NCBI GenBank assembly: GCA_013265495.1
Contig: MU057786.1
Location: forward strand, 62,001-126,000
Source of the DNA: Vicugna vicugna
Taxonomy: Eukaryota
DNA length: 64,000 nucleotides
Direction: 5' to 3'
Shown here: positions 52,924 to 64,000 of the stretch, piece after piece
Layout of the letters: each line of letters starts with the position of its first letter
Position numbering within the stretch: the stretch's first letter is position 1
Translations under genes and position numbers: made by a program
The notes under the pieces: generated by a model
The model's input: only the letters and a program-made list of their open reading frames with translations
What the model was told of the DNA's origin: nothing
Databases searched by the model: none

Positions 52924-53254
52924 GTAAGCAGCTTCTGTGGTTTTAAATATAAGCATGATACATTAATGACAGTAGAAATACAAGTACTAGGGCCATAGTG
53001 AGTAGAAGCAAAAAAGATTCCCTTTTAATAATTGTGTTCTGTTTCTTTAAGACAATTATGAATTATGGCCAAATATTCTGATAGTGTATTATCAGAGTCA
53101 CAGTTTAATCTCTGTGTTCTGATTCGTAGTGTTCAGTTTAGTAAAGCTAAAGAATTTAAGCTTTGGTTCAATACTTTTGAAAACTTGTTAAATATTAACT
53201 GTTACTTCCTCTCCGCCCCACTCCCACCCCCGTCTCTGACCCTCCCCGTTTCAG

Positions 53255-53320
53255 TGTGCTGTTGGAACCACAGGCCAGAAGTCTATCTCTAGAGTGATTG
53301 AATACTTGGAACATTGCTAG
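53255..53320 (+). CDS. WAPL: WAPL exon 19, coding part (66 nt including TAG)
   Basis: tttcag|TGTGCT ... CATTGCTAG; CAVGTTGQKSISRVIEYLEHC*. Confidence 0.96.
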   Translation, partial: CAVGTTGQKSISRVIEYLEHC

Positions 53321-53822
53321 CTGCTTTACCTTTGCTTCAGGTGCTCGGTAATGCTGGAGCTATTCTTAGACAAAGAAAAGTCACGAAAGAAGTCCTTGAA
53401 GATATATCAAGAACATTCATCAGTATCATTCATATTTGGATTTTTAAGGCCACCTGATTTCTTCGTCATGCATTCTGCATTTGCTAAATGGCAGTTACTA
53501 CATCAATCTGCAAGTATCAAAAATGAGGGAAAAGGTTCAGGCTGTTAACAATTCCATGCAGTATTTAAATACACTTACTTCGGCAGAATTTCTACTCTCC
53601 CCTTGTTCTCTTGCTTTGTTCCGGGCAAGTGTAAGGGGAACATTTGTGCTGCTGTTCGTGCAACTGCTGTGTATGCTGAGCCCCTGTTGTCATGCCAGCC
53701 AGGTGCCAAGGCAGCTTAGCTACTGAGGTGTTGAATGTTTTGAGGACATTCTAGACAACAGCTTAGTTCCTTTTTCAGGCTCATTTGCTTTTGCTTTTTT
53801 TTGTTGAATGATTCCAATCGTA

Positions 53823-53828
53823 AATAAA
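53823..53828 (+). terminator. Proximal polyadenylation signal AATAAA
   Basis: AATAAA followed about 20-35 nt later by U/GU-rich tttttttgttgttgtt. Confidence 0.6.
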
Positions 53829-55561
53829 GCTTTTAATAATTTTGTGAATTTTTTTGTTGTTGTTCCCTGAACTACTGTCTATATTTAAAATTAGATGGAA
53901 TCCAAAGACACAAGGGATTAATAGTATATTTTTTTATTCTTGATTTGGTTTGGGTTGTCGAACTGTTTTTCACCTTGGAGACCATGACCATGTTACCATA
54001 CCACGAAGAGTCGTAGCTGTAGATGCAAGAAAACAAGCAACACTCTGAGGGAACGTTGTGTAAGACGATGTGCCCTGTTAAAGGATGAAGCAAAACAGAG
54101 AGAGTGAGGGCAGGTGACCTGAATGCTAGGGGCGGCTCTTGAAACATGATGAAGTTCTAAGGGAGGACTCCCTAGCTATATTTTCTAATATTCAGTACAA
54201 TAAATATAAGGAAGCTAACACACCAATGTGGAATTCATGTTTCCAGATAACGTGTATATTCTTCTATAGAGTGACAGGATCAAATGCATATATGCAAAGC
54301 CTTAAATTGCTGGTTTAGAGAAGATCCTTTTTTTCTTAGTTCATAGAACAGTGTTTCGTTTGGAAAACAGTCATGGAACACAGAAAACACATTTTATATA
54401 TTTAATTTCACAACATGGCAAATTTTTCTTGTATTCTTGCTCAGACCACTGGTTATACATTTTTTTTTTAATTGATCGAGCCTGAATACGGGCATTTCAG
54501 ATATTTCACTTAATACTTTCAAATACCTTTCAGGTGGTTTTATCATGTTTCTTCATTGGATTTGTAAAACTTGAAGCCATAAAAATATTAGTTTGGTGTG
54601 TATTGGGGAAAATAGCTAAAAGTCTAATTTTTACCCATTTAGACTTTGTTATTTCCTTGTATAAAGTGACAAATCGGGGCTCTTGGATCAGTGCCAGCTG
54701 TAATGTTTTTAATGCAGTGGCTGCCTTCTATTGTCTTCCTATTTTTGATAATGCAGATTGTTGGGAAATCTATAAGGAAGTAACTGATTCCAGTCAAGTT
54801 GTTTTCTTCTTTCTCCTACCCACCCCAATCCCCAGCCATCACCTTTTAAGAGCATAGTATGCCAGTGTAACTTGGGAAAGACTGAGGTGGTATTTGCCCT
54901 GAGTATAAAACCTAGCTTAGACTACTTTAAAAGCATTTTGGTAAATGATATCCATGAAATTGAATTAGTTAAATTATTTTAAAAGATACTGATATTTATT
55001 AATCATTGGATTTAGGAAAAGGAAGAGATTTGGGGTAAAACTGACTTGTGGCAGATGGTAAAGGGATATTATAAAACATTTGGATGAGAACAATCAGGGC
55101 GAACTACATTTTTTCTGTTACACTGGTAATCATTTGAGAATTGATTTACCTCAGTGTTTAACAGTTTTTTGTTTTGTTTTTTAAATAATAACTAATTGTC
55201 AAGCACTGATAGAGATGCAGGCTTTGGTGGGGGGGGTGGGGGGGGAAGAAATCACCTCACCAACTGCAGTGCATTTGTGTGTTTTTAACCCTCAGAGAAC
55301 TCTGCATTTTAGGGTACTTGAGGCTGACTTGCAAATTAACTAAAGTTTTAAAGTAACCTTTTTTTCCATTGTAAATATTTCTGTAAATACTACCATTGGA
55401 AATTAGAAGGTAGAGTACTTTTCTGAATCCAATCCTATTTTTATTTTATACAGTATTTCTCAGCTGTGATCTTTGGAGCAAAAGCCAACGGCAGGAAAAA
55501 AAATAGTTTGTACCAGTTTCATGAAGTATGTCTTTGGGTTTTTGTAAATAATTTTAACTCA

Positions 55562-55567
55562 AATAAA
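55562..55567 (+). terminator. Distal polyadenylation signal AATAAA
   Basis: AATAAA with upstream TGTA elements, CA dinucleotides about 15-20 nt downstream, then gttgtcttt. Confidence 0.8.
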
Positions 55568-57288
55568 ATTGCTACTTTCAATACACACGTTGTCTTTAAC
55601 ATAAATCTATTGAACTGTTCTGGAGAAAGAAGTTTCATGAACTTGTTAAAGCTGATTAATGGGAAACCTGGTGTATCACTTAAGTGAATTTCACACTTTC
55701 AGTGCACACATAAAACTTTAACCAATTTTTGTTGGTTTTCTTCTTGTCAGCCTTTAAGTTGCCTGCATTTACTCAAGTGTCGTCCTCACCCTCTCCTCAG
55801 TGCTTTTAACTACAAACCTAGATTAAAAGACCCTGTCGAGAGAGTTCCCATCTACTTTCCCCTCTTACACACGTACGTATGTGTATTACCACGTTTAGGA
55901 GTGCAGGCTGCATCCATAGAAAGATCTTAAATCACATGCACAAATTTGGAATATTTGTTCAGATATGTTTGGTTTATTGACTTTGAGCAAATTCCTGAAC
56001 TTTTACTGAACCAGAAATAAATAGCGGATAGTACTTAACCTCAGGGTTGTGAAGGTGCAGGTAGGGCCCGTGAAGCATTAGCAGTGTTCCAAACTTAGGT
56101 CCTGGTAAATGGTAGCTTTTATCAAGCAGTTTTGTTTTCAGTCCATCAGGAAATTAAAATACAAAGAACAGAGTAGAATACTGTGACTTTTTAAACAAAC
56201 ACATGGGATACTACCTTTTAATATCACTGAGGACTTTGGGTTTGGGTTACTTCAACAGCAAATCTCTAGTTTCCAAAACTAGTATTGTTAATATCTTGGT
56301 AGTGACTAATAAAGCAGGGGAACGTGGGATACACTTAAGTGATCGTTAAAATGTTTCAAACAGGTGTTTTCCTTATATTAGAAGGAAGAACCAGAATAGG
56401 TTTGCACAATTCAGTCAGTTAATGATCTCCTGATACTGGATGCACAAATAATTTCATACAGAAAGTCTTTATAGAAAAAAATGAATAAATACTGTTGAGT
56501 GTTTTGGTCAAATCTCTTGTTTCCTTAGCTTCTGTGTTGGCAATCTGAATGCCCCGAAGGCCACGGACTGGCTTAAGGAGCAAGAATAGAAAGCTGTCTG
56601 TATACCACCTAGTTTAGAAGGACCTTCCTGCTTTACAGAGATGTGTAACAGAGGGGGTAGGTAAATAGAACTGTACTGTTGCAAGGTTCAGAAATCTTAA
56701 TATAAACTAGTGTAATACTTAGTAGATTGTAATCAGTTAAAGACGCAGGTTATAATGCCTAGAGCATCCAGTAAAAAATAATACAAAGAGATACAGCCCA
56801 AGCTGCTTACAGGAATCAAAACGGAATACTGAAAAATATTTGATTAACCAAAAGTAGGGAAAGAGTAGCAGTCACAGAAAGCTGATGAGAAAGAAAACAG
56901 ATGTGAGTAAAAAGCAAAAAATGCTTTCCTCCTAAGACAGGGAAAAGCCAAGTTTGTTCACTAAATCTAATGATACATACCAGTAAGTAAGCCAGACACT
57001 CCAATGAAAAGGCAGAGATGGTCGAACTGAAAAATGAAGAGACACAATAAATACAAATAATTTCAAAGAAAATGGATTGGAAAAGATGTTAAGAATCATA
57101 AGAAAATTAGAGTGATTAATATCAGATGAAGTAGACTTTTAAGACAAAAAGCACGTATCAGGTCTAAAAGAAGCATTTCATAATGATTAGAGGAAGGAGA
57201 AAGTCTTTATCCGTAAGAGAGAACAATTGCCTTTGCACTCAGCAGTAGAACCTTTCAAATACACAGCAAAAACTGAAATTAAAGGGAG

Positions 57289-57740
57289 TGTTTACTGAAG
57301 AAAAACACAACCTAAAAGGTGTGAGTTAAGTTTTATTTGGGGACCTTACTGAGGACTATATCCTGAGAGACAGCTTCTCATATAGCTCTGAGGAGCTCCT
57401 GCAAAGAAGTAAGAGAGGATCCAGAATAATACGTTTGTTGAAAATAAACATGTAGTCAAACATTGAAAGATTACCACTAATCACAGAAAACAACATTTCA
57501 AATTAATGATTTTATGCTTTTCTGTGTATGGAAAGATGCAAGGGTCTGTGCTCACTGAAATTAGTCCATAGGTAACGCATCTTAACTATCTAGGACCAGT
57601 ATCCAGAGCACAGAATGGTAACTTTTTATCCATCCTGGACTCCCCTTCCTAGTGTGTGCAGGGGAGTGCAGGGGCTGATGGCTTGATGGCGGGCAACATT
57701 TGTTGTTCACTGGAATGGCAGGCAACATTCATTTTCCACA
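57289..57740. mobile_element. Solo LTR, ERV1 class (452 bp), inserted in L1
   Basis: TG...CA termini with 4-bp flanks ggag/agag; removing it restores L1-like aaagggagaaatag. Confidence 0.75.
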
Positions 57741-58577
57741 AGAGAAATAGAGTTACAGTAATAGTTTAATATTTTAACACCTCTCGGGAATTGGTATGTT
57801 TTTCAAATCAGTAAGAAAATAATATCTGAATGACAATATTAACTACCTTGACCATCATTTATGACATACATTTATGGGCCACTACACTCAACAATTTTTC
57901 AATCGCACATGAAACTTTCACTGAGACAGACCACATGATGGGTCATAAAACAAGTCTGAGTGAATTTCATATGATTGAAGACCACAAGGAATTATATCAG
58001 AAAATAATATAGTAGAATATCTAGAAAACAATACTTAAAAATTAAGTAAACTTCTAAATAACACTATAAGGAAATTAGAAAAAATTTTTGAATTAAATGT
58101 CAATGAAAATACAAATAAAAATTTGAGAGATGCAGATAAAGCAGTGCTTAGAGGAAATTCAGCTTGAAATGTTTAGAAAGAAGGCTTAAAATTATCTTAA
58201 TTTCTACCTGAAGTAGCTAGAAAAAGATGAGCAATAAAACTTAAATAAGTTGTGGAAGGAGAGAAAATAAGAGCAGAAGTCAAAATAATTAAAAAGACAA
58301 GCAATCGAGGAATTTTACCAAAACCAAAATTTGGTTCTTTGGAAAGTTAAAAGAATTGATAAACATTTAGCAAGACTCATCAAGAAAAAAGTCACAAATT
58401 ACCAATGCCAGGAATGAAAGATAGAATATCACTAGAGATACCGCAGACCTTTAAAAGGATGATACAGACTATTACGAATAGCTTAAGCCAGTAAATTTTA
58501 CAACTTAAGTGAAATGAGCAAATTCCTTGAAAAACAAAACTTACCAAGACTGACTCAAGAAATGGGAAACGCAGGTT

Positions 58578-58686
58578 GGGGGTAGGGGAGGGTATAGCTC
58601 AGTGGTAGAAGTGGATGCCTAGCATGCACAAAGTCCTGGGTTCAACCCCCAGTAAACCTAATTACCTACCCTCCCCCCCCAAATAA
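58578..58686 (+). mobile_element. tRNA-Ala-derived SINE (Vic-1-like)
   Basis: ggggagggtatagctcagtggtaga...tcctgggttcaaccccc...taaacctaattacct. Confidence 0.88.
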
Positions 58687-58800
58687 GCGTTTGTAGGAAT
58701 ATTTTAAAATCTTCCTGCAGATAAAAGTCCCGTCCCAGAAGAACACTGATGCATCATAATATGTTTAAGGAAGAATATCAATCATCTTTTTCCCCCAACA

Positions 58801-58941
58801 TTTTATTTATTGTTTGTTTTTGTTTGGGGGAGGTAATTAGATTTATTTATTTACTCATTTATTATAATGGAGGTAGTGGGGATTGAACCTAGGACCCTGT
58901 GCGTGGTAAGCACATGCTCTACCACTGAGCTATACCCTCCC
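58801..58941 (-). mobile_element. tRNA-Ala-derived SINE (Vic-1-like)
   Basis: ggggattgaacctaggaccc...ctctaccactgagctataccctccc. Confidence 0.88.
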
Positions 58942-61215
58942 TGCCTTAAATAGACTTACTGAGAAAGCAGAGAAGGGAAATACTTCTCAAATCATTGTAT
59001 GAGGCTTACTCGTTAATCCCTAATACTAAAGACAGACAATCGAAAAAATAAACAGCAAAAAAACAACTACAGACCAAAATTATGAAGATGGATGCAAAAG
59101 CTTTAACAAAATATTAGAAAATAAAATCCATTATATATAAAAAGCATAGTACATCACAACCAAGTAGGGTTTATCAAAGGAGAACACATTTGGTTTAACA
59201 TTTGAAAATCAAGATAATACACCATGTTAACAAAACAAAGGCCTAAAATACTATGATCATCTATTTAGATACAGAGAAAGTATTTGACAAAATGCAACCC
59301 CGTTCGTGATTTAAAAGGCCCCCAGCTCTCAGCAAACTAGAAATAGATGGGAGCCACCTTAAAAAGATAAAGAGCATATATGACAAGTGCAATAATATAA
59401 TGTATGCTGCTTTACTCCCAATATCCGGAAAAAGGCAGAGATGCCCAATGTCAACACTTTTTTTTTTTAAAGTAGACTTGGCATACTGACCTCAAATTCA
59501 CACGGAAATGCAGAGGATGTAACGTAGTCAAAATAATCTTGAAGAATAACAAAGGTGGAGGATGTGCACTATCGAACTTCAAGTTTCACTGCAAAACTAC
59601 AGTCGTCCAAACCATGTGATATTAGCCTAAGAGCAAACAGATCAGTACAGCAAAGACAGAGCCCAGAAACAGATGTACACATATATCACCAACTGAATTT
59701 TGGAAGAGGCACCAAAACCATTTAATGTAGAAAGAAAGTATTTTAAACAAATAGTTCTGAAACTAGATGTCCATTTAAAAACAAACGACCTCATACCAAA
59801 CACAAAAATTAATTCTAGATGGACCATATCTAAGTGTAAAAGCTAAAACTATAAAGCTTTTAAAAGAAAGCATGAAAGAACATGCTTTGGGGACCGGCAA
59901 GAATTTTTTTTTGACAGGATACGAAATCAACAACCTTGAAAAATAGATTAGATTTTATCAAAATTAAAAATGTCTTCGTAAAGAGACACCATTAAGAAAA
60001 TGAAAATGCAAGCTTCTGATGGGGAGGAAATATTCACAAATCATATGCTTGACAAAAGACTTTGAATCCAGAATAAAGAACTACAACTCAGTAAAATGGC
60101 CCCATTTTTAAACGGGAAAAATCTTTACAAAAGATGATACACAAATAGGTAATAAACACATCTTAAAGGTGTTCAACATCATTAGTAGTCATGGAAATGC
60201 ACGTTTAAATTACGAGATACTACTACTGTCTCTTCAGCAGAACAGCCAAAATTTAACAGATGACAACACTAATGTTGGCACAAATGAGCAACTGGAACTT
60301 TGGTAATGTTGCTGGTGGGAATGTAAAATCAGCCCCACTTCAGAAAAGTTTTGGGAGTTGCTTGTAAAATTAAAGATAAACCTCCGTCACCCAGCATCTC
60401 CATTCCAGGAGAAATGAAAACATTCAACAGAAAAATCTGTGACAAAATGTTCATATCTATTTTATTAATAATAGTCTAACACTGGAAACAAGATAAATGT
60501 CCATCAAAAGGCAATGGGTAAACAAACTGCGATATATTTATGCAACAGAATACCACTTAGCAATAAAGAGGCAAGAACTGCTCTTTCAATCAACAATGTG
60601 GATAAAGTGCATGTTTACAATGCTTGGTGGAAGAAGCCAAATAAAACAACATACATATAACACGAATCAGTGGATACAAATTTGTAGAAAAGGCAAAACA
60701 AGTCTAAGGGGAAAATATTCAAAATTCATTTAGAAGCAAATAATGAAAAGTTAAGTTGTTTAGAAAATTTAAAACACATTTCTTGATAACTCATGGGTTA
60801 GAGAAATTGTGATGGAAATTTTTCAAAAGTTAGAACTAAATGATTACAAAAATAAAATATCCAAAGTCCTAAGATGTAGTGAAACAATACTAAGGATAAA
60901 TGTTTAACCTGAAGTGTTTATATATAAAAAAAAAAAAAAGAATGGCTGAAAATTCTAAAAGACAAACTCTCCATTTTTAAGATAGAACAAAAGCAATAGA
61001 ATAAACCTTTGATGAGTAGAAAGAATGTAAGAGGCAAAAAATTTTTTAATTGGTCAAAAATAGGTTCTTTGAAAAGAATAACCTAACTGGGGGCACAGAG
61101 ATTTAAAAGACATTAACTGAATACTTTGAATAAGTATGTGCCAATGAAAGTGATAACTTACATGAAGTTATCAAAATACTAGAAAAATTAAGTGAAACTG
61201 ACACAAAAAGAAATG

Positions 61216-61549
61216 GAATGAATATATGTGGAATCAAAAAAAAAGATACAAACTTCATTTACAAACAGAAATAGACTCATGGACGTAGAAAAAGAAAAAC
61301 TGGTTATGGGGGGGAGAAGAGGGGGAGGGATAGATTAGGAGTATGGGATTAGCAGACTCACATTACTGTATATAAAATAGATAAACAACAAGGACCTACT
61401 GTATAACACAAGGAACTTAATTCAGTTTCTTGTAATGAGCCATAATGGAAAAGGAACAAAAAAAATATGTATGTATATGTAAATGTATAACTAAATTGCT
61501 TTGCTATACACCTGAAATTAACATTGTAAATTGACTATACTTTAATAAA
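61216..61549 (+). mobile_element. Short L1 3' end
   Basis: L1 3'UTR ending attgtaaattgactatactttaataaaa; flanking repeat aaaaagaaatg. Confidence 0.8.
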
Positions 61550-61930
61550 AAAAAGAAATGTAAAACAGAAGAATTTTATAACTTCTAAAAAATCAAATCA
61601 ACATTAAGAAAAAAATTCCATAACATATAAAGTTTACGTTTTTGAAAGTTATTTCTACTCAGTTTTCAAGAAATAAACAATTCCAGTCTTACACAAATTC
61701 TTCTGGAGCTTTGAAAAAGAGGGAACTCCCTTAAATACTCGATGAAATCTATAGAACATTGATAACAAAATAGGAAAAGGAAAATTGGAGGTTATCCCAC
61801 TCATAACTACCAAATTCCTTTAAAACATATTAGCAAATTGTGTCCAGTAATATATAAAAAAAACAGAACATGTCCAATTTAGATTTATCACAGGAAAGCA
61901 ATGGTAAATTAACATTAGAAAAATCAATAT

Positions 61931-62907
61931 CTGATGAATGGCCAATAGGCACATGAAAAAATGCTCAGTATCGCTAACTATCACAGAAATGCAAATCAAA
62001 ACTACAGTGAGGTATCACCTCACACCAGTCAGAATGGCCATCGTTCAAAAGTCCACACACAATAAATATTGGAGAAGGTGTGGAGAAAAGGGAACCCTCT
62101 TACATTGCTGGTAGGAATGTAGTTTAGTATAGCCATTATGGAAAACAGTATGGAGATTCCTCAAAAAACTAAAAATCGACTTATCATATGATCCAGCAAT
62201 CTCACTCCTGGGCATATATCCAGAGGGAACTTTAATTCAAAAAGACAAATGCACCTCAGTGTTCATAGGAGCATTATTTATAAGAGCCAAGATATGGAAA
62301 CAACCTAAATGTCCACCAACAGATGACTGGATAAAGAAGGTGTGGTATATTTATACAATGGAATACTACTCAGCCATAAAAAATAACAAAATAATGACAT
62401 TTGCAGCAACATGGATGAAACTGGAGATTGTCATTCTAAGTGAAGTAAGCCAGAAAGAGAAAGAAAAATACCATATGCTATCACTCATATGTGGAATCTA
62501 AAAAAAAAAAAAGACAAACTTATTTACAAAAGAGAAACAGACTCACAGACATAGAAAACAAACTTATGTTTGCCATGGGGGAAAGGGGTAGGAAGGGATA
62601 AATTGGGAATTCAAGATTTGCAGATACTAACTTACACATATAAAATAGATAAACAACAAGTTTCTTCTGTATAGCACAGGGAACCATATTCAATATCTTG
62701 TACTAACCTATGGTGAAGAATATGAGAACGAATGTATGTAAGTTCCTATATGACTGAAGCATTGTGCTGTACACCAGAAATTGACACAACATTGTAAACT
62801 GACTATACTTTATCTATAAAAATATATTAAAGCAAAAAGAAAGAATGAAAGAAAGAAAGAAAACTGGAGGCTACACACACTGCTAAAACTCAATAAAAGA
62901 AAAGAAA
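61931..62907 (+). mobile_element. Relatively young 5'-truncated L1 (ORF2 C-terminus and 3'UTR)
   Basis: ORF 62259-62501 (MFIGALF...WKQPKCP..DDWIKKVWYIYTMEYYSAIK) is the L1 ORF2 C-terminus; 14-bp TSD agaaaaatca(a/g)tat at 61917-61930 and 62908-62921. Confidence 0.93.
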
Positions 62908-64000
62908 AGAAAAATCAGTATTGGTAACTTATCACATTAATAAAGAGGAAAAATGCATGGAATTTTCTCAGTGGATGCATAAAAAGAATTTAATTCAAAT
63001 AATATTCAAAGATAAATATTCAAAATAAATGGAAAGACTAGCTGAAAAGAAATGCCTTATTTGAAGATTCAATGTTAACAATTCAGAAATATTCAAAGAA
63101 AAAAGATCTTTTAAAAAAGTAGAAATAGAAGGGAACTTCCTTGAAACAATTATTGAAGGTATTTAGTAAAAACTTACAGAAATTTACCTTAACAGTAAAA
63201 TCCTAGAATTATTTTCTTGAAATTCAGCATCAAAATAAGAATTGCCAATGTCAGTATTTCTGTTTGATATTATTTAGAGGTCTCAGTGTGATAAGACAAA
63301 GAATGACAGACAAAAGTTTGAAAATTAAGCCTGAAACCACATGCAGATAAGACTGTCTAATACAAAATCCAAATAAATCCATAGAGAATTTGTTAGAAAC
63401 AAAAAGAAAATAGTTTAGCTATATAGTAGATAAAAAAAAACAAAAAAAAGCAAAAACCCAAACAGCCAACAGAAGAGTTCAAACTAACCATCTTGCTGAA
63501 AACAATTAAAATGCTGGCAGGAAAAAATTCTTTTTCTTAAACCTTTTAAGAAAGCATTGAAGAATTAACAGGCTAATGAAACATCACTTGACCTAATAGA
63601 GAGAGAAGATGGAAGAACAGAGCACTCACAATCACTTTTGCCCTCAAGGATTTGCTCATCCACAAGTAATAACAGTGAAATTAAGGCAAAAAGTATTATG
63701 CGTCATAAGCATTACATTTAGGGCAAATCTCTGAAATACCATACATCTGTGGAAAGAAAGAGATCATTCTTGTACTGACAAGATCTCAAAGTCATACTGT
63801 TTGGGGGAAATTCAAATTGCACAGTCATACATACAGTGCATCATAATCCATTAAAGTATACAGTCACATAATATCTGCATATGCTTCTGAGTGCACAGAC
63901 AGAACAATCCTGGAAGGCTATTTATCAAACTGATAAAGATGATTATTTCTGCAGGAAGATGAGATGAGGGGAAATGTGTTTTAACAGGTTTTGTTTAATT

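Larger units (their letters stand above)
10110..55585 (+). other. WAPL: WAPL gene body, partial (coding exons 3-19 plus 3'UTR; 5' exons are outside the window)
   Basis: The 17 exons splice into one open frame (3092 nt, ending ...RVIEYLEHC*). It contains two FGF motifs, YNARHWN and the C-terminal WAPL helical domain. Recognised from memory of mammalian WAPL. Confidence 0.98.
53321..55585 (+). other. WAPL: WAPL 3'UTR (long form)
   Basis: U-rich sequence with no recognisable repeats, running from the stop codon to AATAAA at 55562-55567; 3' end is approximate. Confidence 0.8.
56620..63400 (+). mobile_element. Mosaic of degraded sense-strand L1 fragments with nested younger insertions
   Basis: A-rich L1 ORF2-like text; ORF peptides AHETFTETDHMMGHKTSL and MSIKRQWVNKLRYIYATEYHLAIKR. 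Confidence 0.85.

Noticed and set aside
62259..62501. 80-aa ORF as a host gene
   Set aside because: It is the C-terminus of L1 ORF2 in a 5'-truncated copy.
1..64000. CRISPR array, operon or novel multi-gene system
   Set aside because: This is a eukaryotic single-gene locus with no repeat-spacer array, and the remaining short ORFs are explained by repeats or chance.

Overview
Mammalian genomic DNA, AT-rich and repeat-rich. The repeated tRNA-Ala(AGC)-derived SINE resembles the camelid Vic-1 family, so the source is probably a camel or alpaca relative (inference). The window holds most of WAPL (wings apart-like, the cohesin release factor) on the + strand. I traced 17 coding exons (3-19, using human numbering from memory) from 10110 to the TAG at 53318-53320. 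All have GT-AG boundaries and consistent phases, and they total 3092 nt (about 1030 aa). The promoter and start-codon exon lie upstream of the window. A ~2.26 kb 3'UTR follows, with proximal and distal AATAAA signals. The introns and the downstream 8 kb are a mosaic of L1, SINE, MIR, LTR and DNA-transposon relics. I see no new multi-gene system. The best leads are unannotated-looking splicing features of WAPL: a 39-nt candidate exon in intron 4 (poison exon, or first exon of a short in-frame isoform) and a microexon or recursive splice site in intron 17. Other leads are a retroposed non-L1 insert, a possible L1 3' transduction and a Pumilio-site cluster in the long 3'UTR. Repeat family names are recalled by eye, not from a search, and repeat boundaries are approximate.
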